Source: Candidatus Nitrospira inopinata
GTDB taxonomy: Bacteria > Nitrospirota > Nitrospiria > Nitrospirales > Nitrospiraceae
DNA: 32,000 nt
Direction of reading: 5' to 3'
Assembly (NCBI RefSeq): GCF_001458695.1
Contig: NZ_LN885086.1
Coordinates: forward strand, 3,000,001 to 3,032,000
Below the pieces are notes generated by a model. It was not told where the DNA came from and did no database searches. It saw only the letters and a program-made list of their open reading frames with translations. A program made the translations under genes and the position numbers. This document shows, piece after piece, positions 1 to 9,022 of this stretch. The first letter of the stretch is position 1, and each line of letters starts with the position of its first letter.

Positions 1-374
1 GGATACCAGCCTGAATGTTTGATCCACCGCCCCATGAAATAATTCCGCCGCGGCACGAGATAGGCGTCGTGCGCCGGGGTCCTCGACAGAAGCGCCAGAA
101 TTTCGTCCCGCACTTCGGGCGTACAGATCTCGTCCGTGTCCAGGCTGAAAATCCATTCATGTTGACAGGCCTCAACCGCCCGATTGCGTAAATGCCCGAA
201 CCCTTCAAAGGGAATTTGGACAATCTTGGCCCCGAGTGCCTGGGCAATGCGATCGGTGCCGTCCGTGCTGTGGGAGTCGGCCACCACCACTTCATCGGCC
301 CAGAGGACGCTGTTGACGGCATCGGCAATCCTATCAGCCGAGTTATAGGCAATGATATACGCCGACACCTTCAT
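1..374 (-). CDS. Family-2 (GT-A) glycosyltransferase, 5' part only; the gene continues past the left edge (WaaE/KdtX-like LPS glycosyltransferase)
   Basis: Not in the ORF track because no stop lies in the window. My reverse-complement reading from ATG 374-372 stays open to nt 1: MKVSAYIIAYNSADRIADAVNSVLWADEVVVADSHSTDGTDRIAQALGAKIVQIPFEGFGHLRNRAVEACQHEWIFSLDTDEICTPEVRDEILALL... This is a typical GT2 N-terminus (YN.., DSHSTDGT, DTD). The ATG overlaps the stop of the upstream ORF (ATGA, 371-374). Confidence 0.8.
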   Translation of the reverse strand, partial: MKVSAYIIAYNSADRIADAVNSVLWADEVVVADSHSTDGTDRIAQALGAKIVQIPFEGFGHLRNRAVEACQHEWIFSLDTDEICTPEVRDEILALLSRTPAHDAYLVPRRNYFMGRWIKHSGWY

Positions 375-1660
375 GACGTTTGCTCCTGCACATCGGGAGA
401 ATTATGCGCGGCACGACAGTCGTTGTCATGTCGGTGCGCCGGCGCCAATAGCACCCCCAGAAAGGTGGTCACCAGGTGCCCTTCTGCAAAGGTTCGAAAA
501 TGTGAGCTAAACAGGCTGGTCAGGCACCAGCCACAGAGAATCGCCACCGCCAGCCCTCGAGAGGGACCAGCGGGGGTGGCCACGAGCGCACCTAGCCAGA
601 TCACAAACACCAGAAGGCCCGGCAGTCCGTGCTGAACGACGATCGCCAAGTATTGATTGTGCGGATCGCCGGCGACTTCCGATCGCCAGTCGTTCGGGTC
701 GTACTTGCCGGCAATCTGCTCGGCATAGGCGGCTTTAAATCCTCCCGTGCCAATACCCACGATCAAGTGGCGCGCCGCGATCTCCATGGTATGCAGATAA
801 AACACCTTTCGCACTCCCATCGACGTCAGATCCGCCGACTTCTCCGCATTGTTCCATTCTTGAATCGCTTGCGCCACTCGCTGCTGCATGTGCGGGGAGA
901 CGGCGAACATCACGGCAACAAGGATCGGCAAGATCAATGCTACAGCGATTCTCTGCTTGCGAGTGACGTGCCACAGGCCAAAGATTATGAGCCCCGCGAA
1001 CAGCGCCAGGTAGCCGCTACGGGCGCCGGAGAGAAAAATCACGTTGCCCGCGAAAAGAACAGCCGGCAACAGCAGCCATCGCACCGGCCCCTGCCATCGC
1101 TTGCCCCACACCAACCAGAGGCAGAGCAACGTGGCGATGGTGAAACTCATGGCTTGGGTGACATTGTTGCGCAACAGTGCCCCTGGCGATTTCCAGAGGC
1201 TGATCCCGCTCAACAGGCTGGCAAACGAAGCGGTCACTCCGACCCCTGCCCCAATTAAGAAAGCGTAGAGGAGCCGCCGTTTCCACAATTCACTGTCAAA
1301 GAGGGCAAACAGGATGATGAACCAGAGGACCGTCCGCCATTTCAGCACATCGGTCCACCGTTCCTGCCAGGAAGCCGGTCCATAGGTCATCCCGACGATG
1401 ACGAGACCGAGAAACGCCAGGCCCCAGTACACCGGCGGATAAGACACCACGCCTTTCAACCGTGCCAGAGCCTCGCCACTGGCCAGAAACGCGATATAGG
1501 TCGCGACCAGGCCGATGCTCGCCACCGTGGGAGAATACAAGAGGCCGACCAACGCAAGGATGGCCGATCCCCTTGCGACTTCGATCATACGATTGGCCCC
1601 TGCCCGCTCAGCCAAGGAGTCCAGAGAAATCACCGAAGATACGGCCTCATGCTTGAGCAC
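371..1660 (-). CDS. O-antigen ligase / Wzy_C-family polytopic membrane protein (WaaL-like ligase or polymerase)
   Basis: 429-aa ORF with many hydrophobic segments. It has a late periplasmic-loop motif typical of the family (GDPHNQYLAIVVQHGLPGLLVFVIWLG). The codon at 1660 is GTG and overlaps the GT25 stop by 14 nt; an ATG alternative lies at 1588. Confidence 0.75.
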   Translation of the reverse strand: MLKHEAVSSVISLDSLAERAGANRMIEVARGSAILALVGLLYSPTVASIGLVATYIAFLASGEALARLKGVVSYPPVYWGLAFLGLVIVGMTYGPASWQERWTDVLKWRTVLWFIILFALFDSELWKRRLLYAFLIGAGVGVTASFASLLSGISLWKSPGALLRNNVTQAMSFTIATLLCLWLVWGKRWQGPVRWLLLPAVLFAGNVIFLSGARSGYLALFAGLIIFGLWHVTRKQRIAVALILPILVAVMFAVSPHMQQRVAQAIQEWNNAEKSADLTSMGVRKVFYLHTMEIAARHLIVGIGTGGFKAAYAEQIAGKYDPNDWRSEVAGDPHNQYLAIVVQHGLPGLLVFVIWLGALVATPAGPSRGLAVAILCGWCLTSLFSSHFRTFAEGHLVTTFLGVLLAPAHRHDNDCRAAHNSPDVQEQTS

Positions 1661-2417
1661 GGTAGAAGTATTTCCTCCTCAGCCTCTGAAGCGCAAACTT
1701 GATTCGCTGCACGAACTTGGGAGGAGCCGGCTCCAGTGCGGAGCGAAACGTCCCGTTTTTACTCCCTTGGACCGCCACCGGCTCTTCCAACCAATAGGAC
1801 GCAATGCTCTGTTCGCGATCGATCCGTTCGAACAGGTTGTCGGCGGGCAAGACAATCCCGTGCTGTTCAATCCATGACACACGCAGTTCCGCAGCCCTCC
1901 TGCCCACAATATAGGCTTCGGCCAATCGTCCTCGTGACGATCGATAGAGCCGCCGCCCCGGCACCAGCCGACTGCGCGGTGTGTACAGATTGCCCCCGCT
2001 CCCAATGAACAACACGAAGGGCTCTTCAAAACCAGACGATTCCGCCAAGGCGTCCCGCACACCTTGCACAAAGCCGGGCAAGAGGATCACGTCGTCTTCC
2101 AGAATCAATGCCCGACGCCAGTTCCGCTCGATCAGGAGACGATGGGCCTGAACATGTTTCATCGCACAGGATTGTTGCGCCGGACTCAAACCTGACCCCT
2201 GAAGATATCGCAGTGCCGCTTCATCCTGTAAGTCCGGTACGTCATAGTCATGAATGAATTCGTAGCGAAGCCCCAGGGGGTCCAACTGGCGTTCAATGTG
2301 GCGGCGGCGCTCGACAAAACTCCTGACGTTGATGACGAAGGTCCCGCCAAGGCCAAAATTGTCACCATCTTCGCGGCGTGCATCCGCCTTCATAGCGCTT
2401 GGCCGTTTCAACTCCAA
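1647..2417 (-). CDS. Family-25 glycosyltransferase (LgtB/Lic2B-type LPS glycosyltransferase)
   Basis: 256-aa ORF. Its opening, FVINVRSFVERRRHIERQLDPLGLRYEFIHDYDVPDL, matches the GT25 N-terminal pattern. The codon at 2417 is TTG; an ATG alternative lies at 2393. Confidence 0.7.
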   Translation of the reverse strand: MELKRPSAMKADARREDGDNFGLGGTFVINVRSFVERRRHIERQLDPLGLRYEFIHDYDVPDLQDEAALRYLQGSGLSPAQQSCAMKHVQAHRLLIERNWRRALILEDDVILLPGFVQGVRDALAESSGFEEPFVLFIGSGGNLYTPRSRLVPGRRLYRSSRGRLAEAYIVGRRAAELRVSWIEQHGIVLPADNLFERIDREQSIASYWLEEPVAVQGSKNGTFRSALEPAPPKFVQRIKFALQRLRRKYFYRAQA

Positions 2418-3421
2418 CCAACCACCGCCCCACGGCGAGCCGCCTTGTGTTCAACCATGGTGACCAACCATGCCGCAGCCAGGTACAGCACCGCCACTGC
2501 GCCGATGATCACAAAACACAAGGGCCCGGAGGCTGATTGACACGCCAGAGCCGACAGTCCGCACAGGATCATCAGCCCATATTCCACCGAGGCGGTCTTG
2601 CGATGCCCCCATCCGGCCAGCGCCAACCGCTGATAATAATGCGACCGGTGAGCTTGCCAGACTTTCTCGCCCCGCAGGAGTCGCCTGGCCAAGGTCACCG
2701 ACGCATCGACGATGAAGGGCGAAAACACCAGCAGGGGAACACCCAGCGACCAACTCCCGTTTTTCCACCCGATCAGCCCAAGACCAGCCGCGAGAAAGCC
2801 CAGCGTGGTCGATCCGGCATCGCCCAGAAAAATGCGAGCGGGGTGAAAATTAAACCACAAAAAGGCCCCCGCCGCCGCCGCAATGGACAGACTCACGAGC
2901 ATGAGTGAATGATCGCCGGCTACCCACGCCGCCATCGCCAAAAACCCAAACCCGAAGAGCGTCATTCCGCCGGCTAATCCATCCATCCCATCCATGAAGT
3001 TATAGAGATTCACCATCCACGCCACACCGATGATCGCGAAAGCCGCTCCTGCCCATCCCAGATCGTCGACCAAGAACCATCCAACCAGCCCCCCCGCCGC
3101 GAGCAGATGCACGATCAGCCGACCGATCACCGGCAGCCCGACCAGATCATCAACAAAGGAGACCACGACCAGAACGACGGCGCCGACCCACAGCGGCCAC
3201 CACTCACTCGGTGACACCGACAACGCGCTCACGGCAATACCGGCTGCGACGCCGATTCCCCCGGTTCTCGGCACAGGCTGCCGATGAAGAGAGCGTTCGT
3301 TTGGATGGTCGAGAATTCGGTCGGAGAAACGGCGAAGCAGCCAAACAACAACCATCCACGTGCTAACGAACGAAACAGCCGGGGCTAGATAGACGTAGGA
3401 GGGTAAAGAGTCCATGCTCAT
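2408..3421 (-). CDS. Polyprenyl-phosphate HexNAc-1-phosphate transferase (MraY/WecA/WbpL family), the initiating transferase
   Basis: 337 aa with about 10 TM helices. Family motifs VSFVDDLVGL and NLYNFMDGMDGLAGG are present. ATG at 3421. Confidence 0.85.
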   Translation of the reverse strand: MSMDSLPSYVYLAPAVSFVSTWMVVVWLLRRFSDRILDHPNERSLHRQPVPRTGGIGVAAGIAVSALSVSPSEWWPLWVGAVVLVVVSFVDDLVGLPVIGRLIVHLLAAGGLVGWFLVDDLGWAGAAFAIIGVAWMVNLYNFMDGMDGLAGGMTLFGFGFLAMAAWVAGDHSLMLVSLSIAAAAGAFLWFNFHPARIFLGDAGSTTLGFLAAGLGLIGWKNGSWSLGVPLLVFSPFIVDASVTLARRLLRGEKVWQAHRSHYYQRLALAGWGHRKTASVEYGLMILCGLSALACQSASGPLCFVIIGAVAVLYLAAAWLVTMVEHKAARRGAVVGWS

Positions 3422-3554
3422 AACCGCTGCCTTCCACTTCTCCGGTTCCTCCGGGCCATCGCATTATGGACGATCCGCATCTGACCTTCCATAAACAGGC
3501 CTCGACTGATATCTGCCTGTCAGATAAGCATATGTCATACAAGATGGGTATGAC

Positions 3555-3761
3555 ATGAAACGGACCACGATCTTTGCCAATGAATCGTTGATGGAGTCGC
3601 TACGGGAGATAGCCATCAAGGAACGCACGACTGTGTCGGCAACCATTCGTGCGGCGATTGAGGAATACGTCGGCCGGCGCCAGCCAGCCAGGACCTTGCC
3701 GTCGGCGCCGACGCAGAGATACGTTTCATGCGATCCGTCCGGCGCGGTGAGGTCCGAATAG
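3555..3761 (+). CDS. Ribbon-helix-helix (CopG/VapB-type) antitoxin, probably orphaned with a corrupted C-terminus
   Basis: 68 aa. MKRTTIFANESLMESLREIAIKERTTVSATIRAAIEEYV is a textbook RHH beta-strand plus two helices. The tail (LPSAPTQRYVSCDPSGAVRSE) does not look like the usual toxin-binding tail. A 7-bp inverted repeat GTCATAC-N7-GTATGAC (3534-3554) abuts the ATG. Confidence 0.55.
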   Translation: MKRTTIFANESLMESLREIAIKERTTVSATIRAAIEEYVGRRQPARTLPSAPTQRYVSCDPSGAVRSE

Positions 3762-3958
3762 AAACATTGAGCCAAGCGGATCTGACCAGAACCGTTGCAG
3801 TGATGGAGCAATACCAGGACGCGCGCCTCAGATTTGTGGATGCGTCTCTTGTCGCAGTCGCTGAACGCTTACGAGTTCGGGAAATCCTCACGACCGACCG
3901 TCGCCATTTCTCACTGGTCCGCCCCCGCCATTGCGCCAATTTCGCGCTGAGACCCTAA
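3728..3958 (+). pseudogene. PIN-domain (VapC) toxin, C-terminal half only
   Basis: ETLSQADLTRTVAVMEQYQDARLRFVDASLVAVAERLRVREILTTDRRHFSLVRP matches the C-terminal half of PIN toxins (..y.d..l..vDas.va.AE.l....i.T.DrrhF). The N-terminal half carrying the first acidic residues is absent. Confidence 0.6.
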
Positions 3959-4945
3959 CTTCAGAAACCACGCCACGGTCTCCTCGATCCCCTGATCGAC
4001 CGACCAGGGCGGCGACCATCCCAACTCCCGGCGAATCTTGGAGGCATTGATTTGCAAACTCTCAGTCAACCGTGCAACGGCACCGCGTCGACCGACAAGG
4101 CCCCCTCCCCAACGGAGCAGCGAGACCGGAACCGGCCAGAGTCGGACTGATCTCCCCATCGCACGAGCGATCCGCCGAATCAAGTCCGGCGTGGACAGGT
4201 CCTCGCCGTCGCTCACGAGATAGGTCTGCCCGGCCGCTCGCGGCTCCCGCACACAGGCAATCAAACCATCCACCAGGTTCTCACAGTAAATGAGGCTTCG
4301 CCGATTGCGCACCGACCCGAGTGGTAAGGGAAGCCCTGATCGAATCAGTTTCAAGAGCGAAAGAAAATTCCCTCCGACGCCTGGTCCATACACGAGCGGA
4401 GAACGGATGACGACCGTCTCCAAACCCGTCTCAGACGAAACCGCCGCCAACGCCTGCTCCGCCTCCCATTTTGAGATCCCATAGGAGTCTTGGGGGTTCG
4501 GCATATCCTGTTCCGTAAACGGCAAGCGACTCTCTTCGCCGTTGACCTTGATCGAACTTAAAAAAACAAATCGGCGCACCCCCTGTTCCGCCGCCAGCCT
4601 GGCCAACCGCTCCGTCCAATCCCGATTGATGCGGCGAAACTCAGCGAGCGGATCGGCGGCTTGGTCTCTCATCACATGGACCCTTGCAGCCAGATGAACG
4701 ACTGTCTGCACGCCCTTGAGCGCTTGTCGCGTCTCTTCATCCGATGATTGATCATGCAAAACGACCCATTCATAGTCCGAGCCGTGAGAACCACTTGCCG
4801 AAGAGACCTTGGACCAGTTACGGATGACTGCTCGCACCGCAAGACCTTCTTTCCGGAGCCGTCGGCACAAGGCCGATCCAATGAACCCTGTTGCACCGGT
4901 GACAAGAACGAGGTCGGCCATAAGAGCAGCCCCATCGACGGTCAC
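3911..4945 (-). CDS. NAD-dependent nucleotide-sugar epimerase/dehydratase (extended SDR)
   Basis: VLVTGATGFIGSAL Rossmann motif and catalytic YGISK (YxxxK). The codon at 4945 is GTG (GTGA overlap with the upstream stop). ATG at 4921 (MADLVLVTGATG) is an equally plausible start. Confidence 0.85.
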   Translation of the reverse strand: MTVDGAALMADLVLVTGATGFIGSALCRRLRKEGLAVRAVIRNWSKVSSASGSHGSDYEWVVLHDQSSDEETRQALKGVQTVVHLAARVHVMRDQAADPLAEFRRINRDWTERLARLAAEQGVRRFVFLSSIKVNGEESRLPFTEQDMPNPQDSYGISKWEAEQALAAVSSETGLETVVIRSPLVYGPGVGGNFLSLLKLIRSGLPLPLGSVRNRRSLIYCENLVDGLIACVREPRAAGQTYLVSDGEDLSTPDLIRRIARAMGRSVRLWPVPVSLLRWGGGLVGRRGAVARLTESLQINASKIRRELGWSPPWSVDQGIEETVAWFLKLGSQREIGAMAGADQ

Positions 4946-5691
4946 TTGACAAAAAATTCCATGATCTTGGCCGGATATTTGGAAAAAATCTTTACCCAGC
5001 TCGTCTCGATGCCGTTCTCGCGACAGGCGCGTAACACTTCTTTGTTGAGCACGATCGTATTACGCCATCCGCCGGTACTGATACCGCCGACACGCATGCG
5101 TACCAGCGTCTCGGGAAGACTCCGGTAGGTCAGCGTCTTGTCCCTGAAAATGCGCGCGCAATACTCGAAATCCCCGGCGATGCGATAATCGGTGCGGAAC
5201 AGGCCAAACTTTTCATACACGTGACGCCTGAGAAAAAGAGCTGGATGCGCCGGCATCCAGCCGAACGCGATGCGATCCGGGCTGAAACGAGAAGAACGAT
5301 ACCGGCGGACCGTCCGGGCCGGCTCTTCCGACCTGAAAAATTCGACGTCCCCGCAGAGGGCATCCAACTTCTCTTGTTCCATCGTCGTCGAAACCAGGGA
5401 CAGGACGTCTCCGTGCGCATAGACGTCGTCGGCATTGAGAAATCCGATGATGTCGCCCGAAGCAAGTGCCAAGCCCTTGTTCATGGCATCGTAGACTCCA
5501 CGATCCGGTTCTGAGATGACCCGGGCCACGCGGCCACCGCGCCGCTCAATAACCGTTCGCGTGTCGTCAGTCGACGCCCCATCGACCACGATATGTTCAA
5601 CGTCGCCATGCCGCTGGCCGGCCACCGAATCCAGCGTGTCGCCGAGCGTCCGAGCGGCATTGAAACAAGCGGTGATGACGGAGATTTTCAT
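4942..5691 (-). CDS. Family-2 glycosyltransferase
   Basis: The ORF-track entry 4942..5967 is over-extended. MKISVITACFNAARTLGDTLDSVAGQ...VVDGASTDDT...NADD starts at ATG 5691, 10 nt after the upstream stop at 5702. Confidence 0.85.
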   Translation of the reverse strand: MKISVITACFNAARTLGDTLDSVAGQRHGDVEHIVVDGASTDDTRTVIERRGGRVARVISEPDRGVYDAMNKGLALASGDIIGFLNADDVYAHGDVLSLVSTTMEQEKLDALCGDVEFFRSEEPARTVRRYRSSRFSPDRIAFGWMPAHPALFLRRHVYEKFGLFRTDYRIAGDFEYCARIFRDKTLTYRSLPETLVRMRVGGISTGGWRNTIVLNKEVLRACRENGIETSWVKIFSKYPAKIMEFFVK

Positions 5692-5701
5692 GGCGCAAAG
5701 A

Positions 5702-6982
5702 TTATCTCTTGAGAAACCCCGTTTTCCATCCCACTTCATTGAGCGTACTCGAGTACAGCGCGAGATACCGCTGGGCGACAAGCCGGAGATCAAAGTCCGC
5801 CTCGACCTTTTCACGCGCTCGCCTCGACAATGAACACCGTCGCTCTCTCTTTTCCAAGACCCACTGCATGCCGCGAGCCAAATCAAGCGGCTCAAACGGG
5901 CAAGCCAGGTAACCGTTTTCTTGGTGTTCAATGAGATCCGGCATGCCTCCCACATTGAAGGCGACACAGGGAGTGCCGCAGGCCAGAGCTTCCATGACGG
6001 TGTTTGATAAGTTTTCCTGAGTCGATGGGATCACCGCCACGTCAACGGCCGAGTACAAGAGGGCCAAGGTGACGTCGTCGTTCAACACTCCCATATAATG
6101 AACGGGGACCCCCAAATCAGGCGGAGAGATCGGCCTCGACGCCCCCAGAACAACGACTTGACAGTCACTGTGCTGCTTGTGCGCTTCGCGAAAGATCCTC
6201 ATGGCCTCGATCAAGATGTGAAATCCTTTACGGTGATCGGAGTTGGCATTGAGCGCCCCGAATAAAATGAGGCGTCCTTCAGTCGGCAGGTGGAGAAGAT
6301 GTCTCGCGCTGCGTTTATCAAGCGGCCTGAATATCTTGATATCGAGCCCGTTCGGAATCACCTCGATGCGCTTATCGGAAAGCAGAGAACTCCTTCTTGC
6401 ACACTCAGCCAGCCATCGGCTTGGAGTCACGACCGTCAACGGAACCCCTGCCCATTTCCGCCGCTTCTGTCGCCAGACCCACCGTGACAGATCGGCGTCC
6501 CGAAGCGACCCCAGTGTCGGACAACTTCCGCAGGCTCCGGCATACCGTCCACAGCCGTCGTCATAGTGGCATCCGCCGGTAAAGGCCCACATATCGTGCA
6601 ACGTCCACATGACCGGCACTCCGAATCCTGTCAGCGCTTGGTGGTTCAAGAATCCCCCTGCCACCCAATGCAAATGGACGATGTCAGGATTCAGCCCCCG
6701 CACACGATTCACATAGTTCCCAGGAAGCAGCCCCGGGTAATAGACGCCCTTCCCTCGCCCAGGATACAAGTACATCGGTAGGATATCGAACTGCGGCCTG
6801 ACAACCCCCATCAAGGTTTCGAAACGGCTGCGCGGACCTTCGACGTAGGGATCGTCGCCGCTCTTGGACTGTACGAGCATCCGGGAATCGACGCCCGCTT
6901 CACGCAAGCCACAGTGCAACCGATACGCCGCGCGCGCCGCCCCACCCCGAATATCATAGGTATTGAGCAGTACCGGTCTCAT
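5702..6982 (-). CDS. GT-B fold glycosyltransferase (GT4 / group 1)
   Basis: 426 aa. The C-terminal half has the GT4 pattern (VIPSTQENLSNTVMEALACGTPCVAFNVGGMPDLIE, i.e. the E-x7-E region). ATG at 6982. Confidence 0.85.
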   Translation of the reverse strand: MRPVLLNTYDIRGGAARAAYRLHCGLREAGVDSRMLVQSKSGDDPYVEGPRSRFETLMGVVRPQFDILPMYLYPGRGKGVYYPGLLPGNYVNRVRGLNPDIVHLHWVAGGFLNHQALTGFGVPVMWTLHDMWAFTGGCHYDDGCGRYAGACGSCPTLGSLRDADLSRWVWRQKRRKWAGVPLTVVTPSRWLAECARRSSLLSDKRIEVIPNGLDIKIFRPLDKRSARHLLHLPTEGRLILFGALNANSDHRKGFHILIEAMRIFREAHKQHSDCQVVVLGASRPISPPDLGVPVHYMGVLNDDVTLALLYSAVDVAVIPSTQENLSNTVMEALACGTPCVAFNVGGMPDLIEHQENGYLACPFEPLDLARGMQWVLEKRERRCSLSRRAREKVEADFDLRLVAQRYLALYSSTLNEVGWKTGFLKR

Positions 6983-7024
6983 CGTTCGCCAGCAACCATC
7001 TCTCCTCGTCGCGTCGACAGGGGC

Positions 7025-7942
7025 TCACCGCATCCCGGAACCCAGGCGCCTCCGCGCCCATCGAAACACCGCGCCCAACGGACCGCCCGTCTGTCTGAAG
7101 AGAGCTTTCTTCAGCAAAGCGTAGTCGCCGTCCACGACCTGTGTCACGCGGGGAAACGACACCGGCTCATCCGAAATCGGCTGTCGCGACAAGGTCCATC
7201 GCAACACGCGTGATCCATGCGTGCCGCCGGCAAATCCAATGTTTCGCACAAAAGAGCGGGGAGGAAAGAGTGCCAGCCCTCTCTTCATGAACACGCTCAG
7301 ATACCATCGAATCGCCCAGGAATCGATTTTCCCATCCAACTGCATTTGCAACATCGTGGCGTAGTCGAAATGACCGTCCAAATTGAACCTGTTCCGCAAT
7401 GCGCGGTCATCACGAATTGTTTCCCAGCCCTGAGCGGTTGGATCGAAATGCTTCCAGGCCCTTGCCCAAGTTCCCCAACCCCAGGATGTAATAAATGGCA
7501 GGAATAGCGCTTCTCTTCTCTCCGAAAATTCAGGAATTGGAACGATATGTCCCCCTATCTGCATGACAAGGGTCTCGTGTTCATAGAAAGTCAACGCGTC
7601 ATTCATATAGGACAAAAACCGTGGCGACGTGACCAAATCATCTTCCACGACAATCACGCGACCGTACTGCTCACAAAGACCGGTTACTCCGTCGATAATA
7701 GAGCGGGCCAAGCCGAAATTCGTATCCCGCTCGATCAGCGTGAGGCACTTGAAGCCGGTGATCGATCGGACATATGAGCGGACCTCGTCGACCGACTGCC
7801 GTGCCGCCTCATTTCGGGGAGCATCCGAGAAGACGTACAACGATGTCTCACCGGCAAGCGCATTGGCCGCCAAGGCCTCGACGGTCTGCCTGGTGTGATC
7901 GGGACGGTTATAGACGAATAAGGCGACGGGAGCGAGCGACAC
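7025..7942 (-). CDS. GT-A fold glycosyltransferase (GT2 / GnT-I-like, EDD motif)
   Basis: LFVYNRPDHTRQTVEAL, VVEDDLVTSP, SWGWGTW and VRNIGFAGGTHGS. The maximal ORF reaches GTG 8017 but would overlap the upstream gene by 76 nt. GTG 7942 (TAGTG overlap, AGAAAGA 6 nt upstream) is the more likely start. Confidence 0.7.
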   Translation of the reverse strand: MSLAPVALFVYNRPDHTRQTVEALAANALAGETSLYVFSDAPRNEAARQSVDEVRSYVRSITGFKCLTLIERDTNFGLARSIIDGVTGLCEQYGRVIVVEDDLVTSPRFLSYMNDALTFYEHETLVMQIGGHIVPIPEFSERREALFLPFITSWGWGTWARAWKHFDPTAQGWETIRDDRALRNRFNLDGHFDYATMLQMQLDGKIDSWAIRWYLSVFMKRGLALFPPRSFVRNIGFAGGTHGSRVLRWTLSRQPISDEPVSFPRVTQVVDGDYALLKKALFRQTGGPLGAVFRWARRRLGSGMR

Positions 7943-8856
7943 TACCAATCTTTCTGCGGCGACGAGATCGCTTTGAACCAAAAAAGAAGATAGGGCCAAA
8001 GCCAAGCGAGGAACCACAAGGGGCCTTTATGCCGATAGGTAAAGATGCCCCACGCCCTGACCGGAAACCCCTTGGGACCGATCAATTGTTTCCAACGCAC
8101 AGAGAGAGGCGCACGGCCGTCCTCTCCAAAAGCCGACTGCGTATTGCCCAAGCATGTCCCATAATAGCCTGGAGCAATGTAGACCCGGCACCCGTTCTTG
8201 GTCGCCCGCAATCCATAGTCGAGGTCTCCCATACTGTGCACAAAGGCGGCATCAAGGTTTCCGATCCGCTCGACAACGGATTTCGATATCAGCACGCAGT
8301 TCCCGTTCATCGTATCGCAGGCGAGCGGTTTCTCAGGGTGAGGCGGCGTCTTTTTCCACGAAATCAACCCCGTCGCCTTTTGATAGCGGCTCCATCCGCC
8401 ATAGGTGAACAACCCCGTGTAGGGATCGCGGGTGCTGCCGACGATGATGTTGGCCTCACACCCATCGGCGGAAACCGCCCGATGGGTCTCCAACATCCTG
8501 GCCAGTGCATCGTGATCCAGCATGGTGTCGTCGTTGAGCCATAAATAGAAGTCGTAGTCCTTGCGGATAGCTTCGGCGAAGGCCCAGCGCACCGCGCCAC
8601 ACCAAAATAGACTTCCATCTCCTGTGAGAATGGTGGCATGGGGCATGATCGTGCGGACCGCTTGCGCCGTTCCGTCATGTGATCCGTCATCCACGAGAAA
8701 CAGATCGACCGACGCCCCTGCAACAGATTGAGCATTCAAGGAACGTACGCTTTGGGTAGTGTAGGCGACTCTGTTGTGACATGCCATAAGCGCCGCAATG
8801 CGCGAAACCGCTGGGCTTCGCCCACTATGTCCATTGCTGCAGACTATCGTGTCCAT
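7942..8856 (-). CDS. Family-2 glycosyltransferase
   Basis: IAALMACHNRVAYTTQSVRSL...DLFLVDDGSHDGT...WLNDD. ATG at 8856. Confidence 0.8.
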   Translation of the reverse strand: MDTIVCSNGHSGRSPAVSRIAALMACHNRVAYTTQSVRSLNAQSVAGASVDLFLVDDGSHDGTAQAVRTIMPHATILTGDGSLFWCGAVRWAFAEAIRKDYDFYLWLNDDTMLDHDALARMLETHRAVSADGCEANIIVGSTRDPYTGLFTYGGWSRYQKATGLISWKKTPPHPEKPLACDTMNGNCVLISKSVVERIGNLDAAFVHSMGDLDYGLRATKNGCRVYIAPGYYGTCLGNTQSAFGEDGRAPLSVRWKQLIGPKGFPVRAWGIFTYRHKGPLWFLAWLWPYLLFWFKAISSPQKDW

Positions 8857-9022
8857 CGCACTGTGAATTCGATCATGCGGACGTGTGCCTCACCCATGCC
8901 TGCTCCCAACCTCCCTGACCGTCCGCCCGGAGCAGACCGGCGCCGACCCAATACAAATACGGCATTGCCTCTGTCGCAGTATCATGAGCCATGGGTCCGT
9001 GTATTGATAGGAAGAGGGGGAC

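Noticed and set aside
192-635. 147-aa plus-strand ORF at the left end
   Set aside because: It is antisense to the partial GT2 and the ligase-family gene and has no motifs.
3911-4945. Whether this SDR could be the missing RfbD
   Set aside because: At 344 aa with a GATGFIGS motif and overall layout, it fits UDP-sugar epimerase/dehydratase-type extended SDRs rather than the shorter RmlD reductases. This cannot be excluded without a search.
5692-5967. 5' extensions of ORF-track entries. These are 4942..5967, 9023..10024, 18310..19515, 20421..21521, 25551..26864 and 16261..16746.
   Set aside because: In each case the family-typical N-terminus begins at an internal ATG, often with an SD or a stop/start overlap. 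Examples are [46 protein letters not shown] and MYLVDTS. The extension overlaps the upstream gene or is not protein-like.
7774-8544. 256-aa plus-strand ORF
   Set aside because: It is antisense to two glycosyltransferase genes and its composition is shadow-frame-like.
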